A stretch of DNA of 62,484 nucleotides, counting the filler, from Sphacelaria rigidula (lineage: Eukaryota): the NCBI GenBank assembly GCA_964200075.2. It is 11 parts of 11 records of this genome, joined end to end, with 100 filler letters (N's around TTAATTAATTAA, not from the genome) between each part and the next. Parts side by side here need not be neighbours in the genome. Positions count along the whole stretch, not along the records: positions 11,381 to 16,970 come from CAXNAA020026055.1; positions 17,071 to 22,660 come from CAXNAA020026056.1; positions 22,761 to 28,350 come from CAXNAA020026057.1; 8 more parts are not named here. The stretch is one strand, 5' to 3'. Every line of letters starts with the position of its first letter. Position 1 is the stretch's first letter. Below, piece by piece: positions 13,381 through 25,082 of this stretch. The notes under the pieces are model-generated. The model was given only the letters and a program-made list of their open reading frames with translations. It ran no database searches and was not told the origin of the DNA. The position numbers and the translations under genes were made by a program.

Positions 13381-14408
13381 CTACGACAGGAACGCACGCC
13401 CCCACCATCTCCACGCGAGAAAATCGAACACGGGTGTCATGGTGAACGAGGACAGGGCACAGAAAACCACCACGGGCAATCCTCTGTCCACCCCCACATC
13501 GCCTACATACCGATTGCCAAAATTGTCGCCCGACATTAGTTTTTCACCACCACCGTCCGCATTATCCCCCTCTCCTGCAGCAACAGCGCGTATGTTGACA
13601 TCGCTCGCATGAAGATGGTAGCCCTGGCGGCAAGAGTAGAGGTCGTACTGGTGCATAGGGTCATCATCCATGGATGCCACAGAGGTATCCTCTTCCCCTT
13701 GAATGCTCTCGGTGGAATAACCCGGAGATAAAGCAGCATCATCCCCTGTAGGATCGGACGCGAAAAACACGCCTCGTTTACCGCCACGTTTCCTCCCGCT
13801 GGGCGCTGCTGTACCGGCTAAACGTTTCGACGACGGGGTTTTGACGTCCCGACTCGGTGCTCGGACGACAGGGAACACGAGATCCCACGTCGGGAACATG
13901 GATGCGCTCAGCAGCAAAAAAAACGTGTTGAGAGGGAAGAATGTACGACGCATGCCCAGGTATGCGACGGCCTCGTGCAGCAGCCCGGACACCAAGAAAG
14001 ACGCCGCCACGGAGGCGTTTTTCATCAACACGGACCACACCCTCGCCGCCCTGATGTTGTCGACAGCCGGGCTGACAACGGGCGTGGTCATCTTGATGGC
14101 CTTGTTCTCCTTCTTCTGGGTGGTGGGAGTGATGGAGGTAGTAGCGGCACTGGGTTTGGGCGTGTCGACGGCGTACTTCGCGGTGTTGCTGTTGTCGATC
14201 ACGGTGCTGCTGGCGGTGCTGCAGATACTGTTGTCGTTGGTGCTGTTGCTGACGGTTATGCCGCGGTTTCTCGGGGTCACGGCCGGATGTGCTCGTGCCG
14301 AAGCTTCGAGTATCGGCTTTTGGATGCACACGGAGAGCCATCGACTGACAGGGGCAGACCACATCCGAAAGTAATCCTTGATATGGTCGTATGCTAGCCA
14401 CCACGGGC
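13381..14408 (-). CDS. Terminal exon of an MBOAT-family O-acyltransferase (DGAT1/ACAT-like)
   Basis: Acceptor CAG at 14411-14409, then (G)PWW...DYFRMWSAPVSRWL, equivalent to the FYxDWW...WNxPVHxW region, and ASFLVSGLLHEAVAY (SxxxHE catalytic His). Hydrophobic segments; TAG stop at 13381. Confidence 0.82.
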
Positions 14409-15656
14409 CTGTGTTATCGTGTGCGGTTTTGAGGTAAAAATGCAAAGCCAGAGGGGGGTGGGGGCGGGTGGAGACGTGCACATCCTTGGCCCAGCCTACT
14501 CAATTACGCGTTTGTCCCTTCAGTTTGTCCATAACCTTGAGTGACTTTACGTGTATGTATGTGTACCCCTTCAAGCGTGGTAATACTTCTCTGTCCCAAA
14601 AGTCTGGTCGGTTATGGGCGTTTTTTGTTTGGGTGGAACGATGTTGACGATTACCCTATAGTTGGTTTCTATAGAAAGATAAAACGCAGACGCAGCGGAT
14701 GAAAAAAAAAGGAGGTCGTTTTCAATACTAAAATCAGGTCAGAATATACCCTATTTTGGCTTTTTTTCGAGATTCGTTTTGAGAATTATTTCGAGAATTC
14801 GTGTTGAACATCCAACACCTAGCCCACAGACATCATAGCATTATGGATTTGCCCCCGAGTACTCCTCCCCTCGCCGAACGGGTGGCGAGCTACAATGGAG
14901 TCGCCGCTATGCGATTGCGATGGAGCTTGCGCTCGCTATTCCACCCGGCAAGGTGAGGGTGCCCAAGGGCTCGCTGGGGTCAATATTTTGCCTCTGAGAA
15001 AAAGGCGAAACACGGTCATTTTAGGGCCGACTGAATTTTTTGCGGCCATTCGGCCGCATAGTTCAACCGCGTGCTGGAAATAAAAAATATATGCTTCTGA
15101 CTAAAAAAACAGCGGAGAACTCGAAAAAAGCATCGAAAATCAGATCGGACACGGGTAAGGGCTCGTACAAACATAATCGACTAGACTTATGGGACAGAGT
15201 AAATACGTGCACATCCTTCGCCCAGTCAACTCGATCACGCTTCTGTAACTGCATTTTGCCATCACCTCAGGTGAATTCACATGTATGTGTGTGGACCCTT
15301 CAAGCGTGAAAACCGCTGGCACGACTCAAGATATTCAACATCAGACGTTTCAACCAACCAGTAGTAGGGCGACGCGAAACAAAAAAATGCTGATCAAGAG
15401 AGGGGAAGGCGTCGCCCGCCCCGATCTACAGACAACAGACATGGCGCACCCAGAGGGACCAAGGACCTTCAACACCGGGAGTACACCTCAGACATTGTTT
15501 ATCTAGTTGAGGGTTTGACATGTACATGGCATAGCTGCAGTACAGTAGCGTCAACATGAACAAATCACAAGTGTCATCGCGGTATGCTCAGGTCTCAAAC
15601 GATTTCAGACCTCTGGGTGATCGACTGACAACTAGTCCATACATTTCATGAGATGA

Positions 15657-15811
15657 GGGGGGGGGGGGGGGGATGCTCATTATCTTGCATGCCAGTCATA
15701 TGACCACTGACGTCGCATCTCTACAAAACCGGGGCGGAGCACGCCGGGTTTTCACCGGACCAGGCTCGCAATCACCGAGTGCGAAGCGTGGTGATGTGTT
15801 CGGCGAGTCGT
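15657..15811 (-). mobile_element. 3' fragment of ~500-bp SINE-like element (family S-C) with poly(C) tail
   Basis: Matches the last ~150 nt of the copy at 16301-16816 in reverse orientation. Preceded on the + strand by a G-run (the C tail). Confidence 0.75.
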
Positions 15812-15846
<35 letters not shown>

Positions 15847-15959
15847 CGGGGCGGCGGGGGGGGTTGGCCAACCGGGCGGGCGGCGGGGGGGGGGGGGCGG
15901 CCGGCGCGCACGTGCTCNNNNNNNNNNCAGCGGGCGGGCGCGCGGCCGGCCGGGGGGGG

Positions 15960-15996
<37 letters not shown>

Positions 15997-16300
15997 CGGG
16001 GAGGGTACGGTGTGCATTTGGGCTTTTGCAAAAAGGCCGCGTGAACACGGCGAGGGGACTGCATTGCGGCACGTATTACTACAGGCTTTCGAGTGTGGAC
16101 AGTGCTCCTCGTCAAAAATCCACCATTCATGCCACCCAAGATACTCCCATAACTCCTTGACGTCAGCCTTGAAATATATCCCATCGCCCAGCCCCCCCTA
16201 GAGATCACGACGCAGCTACAAATTTTCCCACCTCGAAAAACTACCCCTGGCTCCAACCCCTCAACATTACTCTTGTGTTGTCTAGCCTTTATCCCCGTAC

Positions 16301-16816
16301 GGGGTTGGCGTCGGTTGGCCATGACGCTGTCAAACACGCCACCCACTGTGAAGTAAGGCAACCAGGGTACCGTTTTGTTTTGTGCTCTTGAGTTCTTGCG
16401 GTGACCGTCATGACGGTCGAGCCAGATCATGTTGTGCGAGGTGGGAGAGCCTCAGTTCCGCACAAAGGGAATGATCACACTACGTAGTGTTTAAACGGTG
16501 AGACACCCATGAGGCGGTGTGTAAGCCGTGGCTGTCTCTGGAAGTGAAGATATCAGAAAATGAAGCAACTCATTGGAGGCTGTCAGCCAAATTCAAGATA
16601 ATCAGTATACTTCGGGCCGAACAATCTTAGCAGGATGCAACTCGCCCGTCATGCGACTCGCCGGACACATCACGGCGCTTCGCGGTTGGTGATTGATTGC
16701 GAATCTGCAGTCCGGCGGAAACAGGGCGGTCTCCGTCCCGGCTTTGCAGGAATGCGAGGTCGATGATCATATGGCTGTGGGACGCAAGCTCATGGGTACA
16801 CCCCCCGACCCCCCCA
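16301..16816 (+). mobile_element. Apparently full-length ~500-bp SINE-like element (family S-C)
   Basis: Begins GGGGTTGGCGTCGGTTGG and ends CATGGGTACACCCCCCGACCCCCC. Collinear along its length with the reverse-strand copy at 43515-44030. Fragments at 11861, 15657, 22591, 28283, 28451, 33745, 44117, 44465 and 56896. Confidence 0.8.
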
Positions 16817-16824
16817 TATTCAAC

Positions 16825-16970
16825 TCCGTCTCGAAAGGGACGCGTGGTTAATGGACAAATGACTAGAGAAAGCAACAAATGAGTAACTCCCTCCCCCTTG
16901 TGCTCCGTCTCGAAAGGGATGCGTGGTCAATGGTCAAAGGACTAAGGCAAGCAACAAATGAGTACGCCCC
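16825..16970 (+). mobile_element. Two tandem L-C LINE 3'-end fragments
   Basis: CTCCGTCTCGAAAGGGA.GCGTGGT.AATGG...GCAACAAATGAGTA(A/C) occurs twice, each followed by C-rich sequence. Confidence 0.8.
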
Positions 16971-17389
16971 NNNNNNNNNNNNNNNNNNNNNNNNNNNNNN
17001 NNNNNNNNNNNNNNTTAATTAATTAANNNNNNNNNNNNNNNNNNNNNNNNNNNNNNNNNNNNNNNNNNNNCAAACCGGCTGCACTCCCACCATTGGGCTC
17101 GTTTGCAGAACGTTCGCCCACATGAGAGGCGTGTAGCAGTCCGAAATAAACTATAACGCCCGAATGAGTCGCGTCGTGCAGCACGAAACCAGCTCTCACG
17201 GCATTTACGATCATCGCCTCCGTGCACGTTTTCGGCCGGTTCGGGGGGGGGCTATCTCGGCAGCAGTCAGCCAAGGGCAAAGTCACGGTGAACTTCAAAA
17301 AGATCTTTCGGCAGAGCTTTCGTGAGGATATCCGCATGTTGTTATTCGCTGGGAACATGCGTGATCTCGATCACACCCCCCTCGGTCAA

Positions 17390-20300
17390 ATTCCTAAGAA
17401 GTGGGTCCTCACGTCAACGTGCTTACTTCTGCATGAGCTGAGTGGATTCTCTGCAAGCGCAATCGCACCATCGTTGTCCTCAAGTACTTCAATCTTACGA
17501 GGCTTGACATTAGACCTTGAGAACTGAAGCATTCCGTTCACAAATAAAGCCTCCGTCACACCAGCACCCATCGAAAGATACTCTGCTTCAGAAGTCGACT
17601 GTGAAACGCATATCTGCGTCCTGAAAATCCAAACTACAAGCATGGCAGCCACAAAAACCAACGCTCCCGAAACTGATCTACGGTGAGTGGCCTTGCTTGC
17701 AAAGTCGACATCTACGTACACCAACGTGTACGTCTACCGTGCTGTCCTGCTTAAACTTCAACGTTAGATGTGCCGTTTCCAGAAGATACTTCAGAATCTT
17801 CTGGACTGTCTTCCAGTGGCTCTTCTTTGGCTCGTGAGAGTGCCTCGCCACCGCCCGCACAGCATTCGAGATGCCGGGCCTTGTCTGGTTGGCGATCCAC
17901 ATCAGGTTCCCCACCACCTCTCGGAACGGCACATCTCCTGCCCCCTCATCCTCCATTAAGGACCTGTTATCGTTGGCAAGGGAAGCAGGGATCGAGCTGG
18001 TGCGACAAATATTAAATCTCTAGAGAAAACTCCTACTTTCTTGAAGAATCTCAATCGTGCCAGCCTCGCGGTCGCGAATAAATGCGCAACCAAGAAAGAA
18101 CTTGACCTCACCCAAATTCTTTGTAGGAAGAGAGTCGCCTAGCGATTTCTTTACCACCTTGGCAAGACTCTCAGTTCCTGCATACAGAATGTCATCCACG
18201 TGAATCACGACCATACCCACCACCTCGTCACCCATAATGAAACGCAGGACACAGGGGTCAGACAGAGACTGCTGGAATGCAATCCTTCTCGTGTCCGACA
18301 CTAGCCTCTTGTAAAATGTTCTAGATGCCTGCATCAATCCGTACAAATTCTTGTTCAAATGGACAACCTTTCCTGACATTGAACCGCAGCCAGGAGGTAA
18401 CTTCATGAACAGCTCGTGATCCAATTCCGACTGAACAAACGCTTGCTCAATATCCCAGTGGAGTAATTGCGAGTTGTACTTGCACGCCAACGCTACTAGC
18501 AATCGCATCGATGCAGCATTTGCAGTAGGCGAGAAAGTTTCAAGACAGTCCACACCATACTTCTGCTTGAAGCCCTTCGCTACAAGCCTAGCCTTGGCCT
18601 TCACTGTTTTTCACCGAAAACGCTTCAAGATAGTCTACACCATACTTCTGCTTGAAGCCCTTCGCTACAAGCCTAGCCTTGGCCTTCACTATCTTTCGTC
18701 GAAAACGCTTCAAGATAGTTCACACCATACTTCTGCTTGAAGCCCTTCGCTACAAGCCTAGCCTTGGCCTTCACTATCTTCCGCCGAAAACATTTCAAGA
18801 TAGTCCACACCATACTTCTGCTTGAAGCCCTTTGCTACAAGCCTAGCCTTGGCCTTCACTATCTTCCGTGTTTCGTCTGCTTTCTATTTGAAAACCTATC
18901 TAGCATCAATCACATTACATGCTACTGGGATCTTTACTGCTAACGTAAACGTTCCTGCTCTTCTCAAGCGTTCAACTTCTGCAGACATGGCTCCATCCCA
19001 AATCTTTGCGTGCTTCGATTGCTGGGCTACTTGATAGCTACCAGGCTCTGACTCAACATTCTGAACGAGTTTGTGCTCGAGTCCTACCTTTTCTTACTTC
19101 ATCGTTCTCACGCGCATCAGTATTAAGATTAGCAAGCTCAGCGACATACCTCGGACGACGAGCGGCTGGAGGAGGGGCCTCCGCCTCTACTTCCTACTCT
19201 CCCGGCCCAATTGACTTTACATCACCATGCCCTCCCCGCCCAATCGACTTTGCCTCATCATCCCCTCCCAGATCCGTCGTCTCTATTCCCCCTGTCTCCA
19301 GCCCCCCCTGCCCCCCCCCCGTCTATCTCAAGTGCTGGAGAAGACACAGAGGGAGCTGTTATACTAGAGGAGTTGTTCACGGGTGAAGACGGTACAGGGG
19401 GGGAAGATGGAACTGAAGGGGACTGGCCTACACTGCCTGCATCAACACTGCCAACCTCATCGGATCCTGCACCATGGGGTAACACTGCATCACGATTCAC
19501 ACTAATACGAATGTGTTGAATTCCCCTTCCTACAAGCGGCCATTCTTCAGCTTTTGCATCGTCGTCACTTTCCTCCCCTCCTTCTTCCGCGATCTCAATC
19601 GGCAGAGGAGGTTGCGGTGGAGGGAGCTGTGACGGCAACGCCTCCCACGTCACATCTCTCGTTAGCTGAATAGTCCCAGCCTTAGTAAGTACTATATGAC
19701 AATCACGCGGGTGGTCTCTCGAAGGACCGACATCAAAGCAACTTTCACCTTGCGGTAGTAGCTTAGGCGGTCGCCACCACCTGCAGAAAGCCGACTTCAA
19801 AAACGGATACGGTCTAGCAGGACGAGGTTCTCCATACCACATCTCATACAGCGACTTAGAGTCAGGGTTAGCAGAGCACGCTGTGTGGTTAAGTGCCTCG
19901 CAAGCCCAGTGCATCACCACAGCCCAGAGTCTGTCAGTCTTGGATAACTGCACATGCCCAAACAGAACTTTCGCCTGAATACGAGCCGCCATAGCGGCCT
20001 CCTCAATCACTCCCAATCCACGCACTGCAACACCGTTATATTGGGGACTGTAAGCCGAGGTGAGCTCTTGTTTGATCAAAAGCTTATTTCACACGAATGA
20101 AAATTCCCCCCCGAAAAACTCCCCTCCACTGCCAGATCTAGCAATCTCAACCAATGATGGGATTCCATCAGCACGCACACTAGCAAGAAAACTTCGGAAA
20201 GCACTCCAAGCGTCTGATTTACTTCTCAGGAAATACATCCATGCACGCCTTGTAAAATCATTCTTCACAATCATGGGATGGTGTTTACCCCCTACAGACG

Positions 20301-22300
20301 CAACATCCTTCCTCCCTCCCAGATCAACAAAAACTCTGCCCAACGTTTCATCCGATCCACGTTTTGTTTCATGAGCAATTCCTTTCCTACGACATCGAAC
20401 ATCCCGTACAAGCATGCATGTCATCGGTCAACTCGGTACCTAGCCGTTTTACAGTAGTACGACGTAATCCCTCATGTGAATGAGCATAAATGTTATGGAA
20501 CTCGTTCACATCCATCTTCTTTTCATGCTTGGGGTTTGAAGGACTGAGGGCAGCCAAACACCAAACCAACAGAGTCATCTCCCAGACGATACGCAGTTGC
20601 AATTAACATGCCATCGATGTTTTGAAAAGTAACATGTCCATCGTAAGCAGTCATCACACTACCAGGACCACCAAGATCATTCCATGACCTGCCATCAAAC
20701 TCTGCGCTGGGGGAAAAGAGGTTATACCCTAAGTTGGGAGAGTACAACATGTTCTCCAACTCTACGGAAAATTCGCTGTCAGCAGTTACAAACACCAACT
20801 CCAGTGTTCCAGAGAGTGCTACCTCACAAGTCACGCCACTAATCCCGTTTACGTTCTTGTGGCAAGGCTTTACATCCTTTATACAAAAGAGAGAATCAGT
20901 CATGTGGAAAGCAGTACCCGTGTCTGCATACCAATCTTCGACACACCTAGTCTTCCTTACAAGAGAAGAGAATTCACGAACAGCATCATCACTGTACAAG
21001 CACTCACGCAGCATGGCATCGTAAAATGCTACCAGACACGTCAGATCACTCGAGTTCTTCGAGCTGGTATGAGAGAGCAACACCAAACTAGACCTCTTAC
21101 CGTTCTCATCCTCGGCATTCTCGGAGTTTCCGGTCTGGGTAGGATTAGCGATCACGCGAGCCAGACAGTCCTCCCTCAAGAGATCCTTCTATCTATGCGA
21201 TGGGTCATTCGGACAGAACACGACAAGAGTTTCACGCAAAGTCTTGTACTCGTGCGACAGTCCCTCAAGCATCAGGTTGCACACCTCTCTGTCATATTTC
21301 TCAACTTCAAGATATCTATCATCAAGGATCCGCATGAAACGGTACTGCACCCAGGGTTAGTGCTGGGGCCCTTTATGAACCGGAATCTATTACGCCGCTT
21401 TTTTGATACAGTCAAAACCGAGAACGAAACAAGCAGCTAGATTACTGGCTGTACAACATTTTAACAACAGTATCACGTTGGTAAGTCCAAATCAATGTTT
21501 GCAATTGGAATTTCAGCTTCAGAAACAAAGGCCTCATACAGATTGTTGTGTCGGGCACTCAACAGAAATTTCTGCAACCATGGAGGATACGACACGTCCT
21601 TGCCGTCAAAAACAGGAACTTTGGGAGCTTTGAAAGGACCGCTACCCAACATTTTTTCTGTATCAGATATGTCAGCCCCAGGAATCAAAGAGTTTCCACT
21701 GGCTACGTTTTCCCACCACTTACTTGACGGAGAAGGAGCGGGCGGAACAGAGGACTGACCTAAAGTCCCACCTACAGTCCCGATCGAACCAAAGCTTACT
21801 GCAGCAACAGAGGAACGATTTAAAGAAGATACATGTGGATTCAAGCCTGAGTCAGCAAGACTGCTACTCCCAATCCACATGCTAGACGCGCCTAAGCCTT
21901 GGGCATCGCCACCTGTACCTCCCGCGGTCCCACCAGTACCGAATCACAGTAGATGCATGAGGATTCAAGCCTGAGTCAGCAAAACTGTTACTCCCAAGCC
22001 ACATGCTTGACACGCCTAAGCCTTGGGCATCGCCACCCGTACTTCCCGCGGTCCCACCAGTAGCATCGTCAGAGATGCATACTAGTCTCTGGCCCGCTGC
22101 CTCCCGGCGCGACAGCTACAAAAACAGAGGACTCCACTTTCCTTCCCTGTTGCCCAACTAACGGCGATACTAGAGTCATGAGTTGAGACAACTGTGTCTC
22201 TACGGAACAAATCATCTCATCAAAATTCCTGCGATCCACCCACAGCAGGGTAAACCGCAGGATCCTTGTTCCCCAGTCCAGCCATGACAAGGCAGGTTGA
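17390..22300 (-). mobile_element. Decayed Ty1/Copia retrotransposon internal region
   Basis: gag PVFDGK (~21600); protease WYADTGTAFHMT (~20920); integrase VFVDLGG and SPQYNG (~20330-20030); RT KARLVAKGFKQKYGVD, DIEQAF and IHVDDILY (18020-18604); RNase H YVDVDFA, EDNDGAI and SKHVDVR (17390-17720). Copia order PR-IN-RT-RH; frameshifted. Confidence 0.92.
18540..18868. repeat. 85-bp tandem repeat x4 inside Copia RT
   Basis: CACCATACTTCTGCTTGAAGCCC at 18553, 18638, 18723 and 18808. Confidence 0.93.
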
Positions 22301-24345
22301 TCAAACCTCCCTCAATAGTCTCATGCACAGTCCAGGGGAACGGAGTAGCAGTCGACTGATGCGCTATAGCGTGTTGATAAACTCGTGACTTCTGGAGAAA
22401 AATATGTTTTGTATTATCGAGGCCTTGGTCCCAGAGAGACAGGCCGGGAAAGTGATATGAACAAGGTAGACTTGATCTCGTCATCTACATCCCAGAGACT
22501 CTAGAAACCACATGGTTTCAGCAACGGAACTCGGACCAACGCACTTCCTTACGTACCACAAAAACCTCGGGTTGTTCCCTCCACAGATACCGTGAGACAC
22601 CCATGAGGCAGTGTATAAGCTGTGGCTGTCTCGGGAAGTGGCGATACCAAAAAATAAAGCNNNNNNNNNNNNNNNNNNNNNNNNNNNNNNNNNNNNNNNN
22701 NNNNTTAATTAATTAANNNNNNNNNNNNNNNNNNNNNNNNNNNNNNNNNNNNNNNNNNNNTATGATCATCGCCTCCGTGCACGTTTTTGGCCGGTTTTGG
22801 GGGGGGGCTATCTCGGCAGCAGTCTTTGCTGCGGTTACGGAGACCAACCACACTAAAACACCGGAAACGGAACTAAAAGTTTGAAATCACCGTATTTTAT
22901 ATTTATTCACGTCTCGTTGGATTGTTGTTCAAAGGCATTTCTCAGAGCCTCGTAGCCCAGCGAATCGGAGGAGTGAGCTTGACTCCTCTCGGTGGGGTCA
23001 TGCAAAAGTGTCCCCAACATGTAATGGCGACATTCCCTGTTTGGTGGTCAAACACTGGGTCAGTGATCCCAAAACTGGAAAATCTTGAGAAAAAAAACTC
23101 GAGGAACAGCCTTAAGACGCTCGCGTTCGAAAAAGAAGCACAAACATATCGGTCAGTAGGTCAATACATAGCCTGAGCACAACTGCCAGTGTGGCACAGG
23201 TCCTAACGAATGGCAAGTATACTGATGTTGGGGGTGTTGGGATGGGTGACAAGGGGAAGTTTTTTTTTTTTTTGTTACGGGCTTTTTGGAACAAGGGGGA
23301 GACAAAATATGTTGTAATTCGTCTGAGCATTATATGAAAATATCACACCCTGGGCATCAGATAACAGTGTCAAAAACTGTACCGCGTACAGTATGAAGTC
23401 TCTGGTCTGTTGCGATAGACGCAATAATCGACACTGTATGTACGCAGTGTAGTTTTCGACAATCAATGTAATCCGTGGTCCAGGGTGTGTGTGGAAAGTA
23501 CCCACCAATTTTCAAACGCCGCGTCTTCAGGCAGGCAACAAACAGTGCTCGTGAGGGAGCCTCACTACTGTACCGTCTGTAGCAGAGCACAGTTACCACA
23601 CCATCCATAGCATGCATAGGAATAACCATGCTGATTGGTGCGCAAAGCAACTGTTCTTAGCCGTAAGGGGCAGATGGAAGTGTTTTTTGGACAGGCTAAA
23701 ACCCCTGAGCTCACGACGGAAAAGCTGACCGAAGAGGCATCGAAAGTGTGTAAGCCAGGCCTGCGTCCAGCAACATCATGGCCGCCCACCGCCAACACAA
23801 ACCCCAAACTTCTCACAAATATGAATATATCCAGTCATCCGCATCGTGCCTTGCTACTTGCTTCATCACAACAGACCATGACAGTACCGGTGATCGGCCT
23901 CTGGGGGCGAAGGTGAAACTGGTCTTGTCTCGTTTGTTGGTGCACTTCACACTGAGAGGGATACGGCTCACGCTTCTTTGACTCGTGGTTGCACGTTCGA
24001 CCTTGACGTTTTCATTTTCTTTCCGGGCGAGTTTTACCCTCTCTTGCACGAAAATGAGCACAGGCTGTGTCTCATCAAATTGATTTCGTTTCGACATCGT
24101 GCGATCGAATCGAATTCGCTCGTTTCTGATTCGTCCCACGCTCTTCATTTCTTCAGATGGTTGAGAACATGAACGCCGTGGACGTATCAGGCACGAGCAA
24201 ATTCGGTTCCACCTTAGGTTTTCGACTCGAAAACAGTTTGATGAGACACACGGCCTCAGATTTTGTGTCCTCTTTGAAAAACGATGAGCAAAAGATTTCA
24301 GATCAGTACAATAACAGTGGCATACCCCGCAGTACGTGTCTTATG

Positions 24346-24548
24346 AGAGGTATCTCAAACTCCTGGTACTGGTTTATTGGCCCGCTCTGAGCTGTATACT
24401 ATTTCTTCAATCGAAAGTGATGGCGATTCATAGTAGGACCTGACCTGGTGGTGAAAGGGTCTCATCATTTGATGAATCGCCATCACCTTCACTTGAAAAT
24501 ATAGAACAAATAAACTAGGATATCGGGAGCCAAGTTTGAGATACCTCT
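24346..24548. mobile_element. MITE-like element (~200 bp)
   Basis: Perfect 16-bp inverted termini AGAGGTATCTCAAACT (24346-24361) / AGTTTGAGATACCTCT (24533-24548). TSD not clear. Confidence 0.6.
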
Positions 24549-24934
24549 ACTAGTATGATGATCATATTATCAGATGCCACAAGAAAATCGCTACTGGGCC
24601 CGAAAGAGCTCGTCCGTTGGTATGTACGGTTCTCTTAGAAGCTCGTCAACAGTACTGTTTTATCACGACCTCATCAACAGCCGGCGATGTTGTCACCGAC
24701 GGTGGTCTCTAACGCACGGCACTAGGCCCAGTAAGTAGCCCACTCACACATCGTATTATGTACAACAAGTTCAAGCTTCTTACTGTTTGTGTTGGAGGCT
24801 GTGCTGTCTTGATCATATACGAGGACTATTGCTGTGCTGTCTGTAGTTTGGGAAGAAAAATCTGGTACTGGTACTACGGTACAGTATATTCTTCATCTAC
24901 AGGAAATTCCGACAGCCATCAGGGAGAGACTCAC

Positions 24935-25082
24935 CAGCCTTGCTGAGCACCGATCCGTAGTCAATCTGCAGCGCCTGCAACACCAAAATGACTAGCCCCC
25001 ACAGCCCCAAGAAAAAGGCGAGAACGAGGGGAACCCTTATGGATGCCAGGTAAAGCTCCTCATACTCTGCCCCGGACAACAT
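24935..25082 (-). CDS. First exon of a probable EXS-family (ERD1/XPR1-like) membrane protein
   Basis: ATG at 25082: MLSGAEYEELYLASIRVPLVLAFFLGLWGLVILVLQALQIDYGSVLSKA, then GTGAGT donor (24934-24929). The LWG...IDY..VL pattern resembles the ERD1/EXS N-terminal TM region. Confidence 0.6.

Noticed and set aside
15811..16010. Poly-Pro/Gly ORFs (also 11755-12226 and 32388-32550)
   Set aside because: They derive from G/C/A homopolymer runs flanking 10-N gaps, probably low-quality sequence.
18540..18868. Regularly spaced repeats (also 29730-30183 and 1790-2370) as CRISPR arrays
   Set aside because: Whole units repeat with no unique spacers; no cas genes; eukaryotic context.
23730..23910. Second exon of the EXS-like gene
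   Set aside because: The phase-compatible frame stops quickly and the alternative frame has an internal TGA; cannot be supported.
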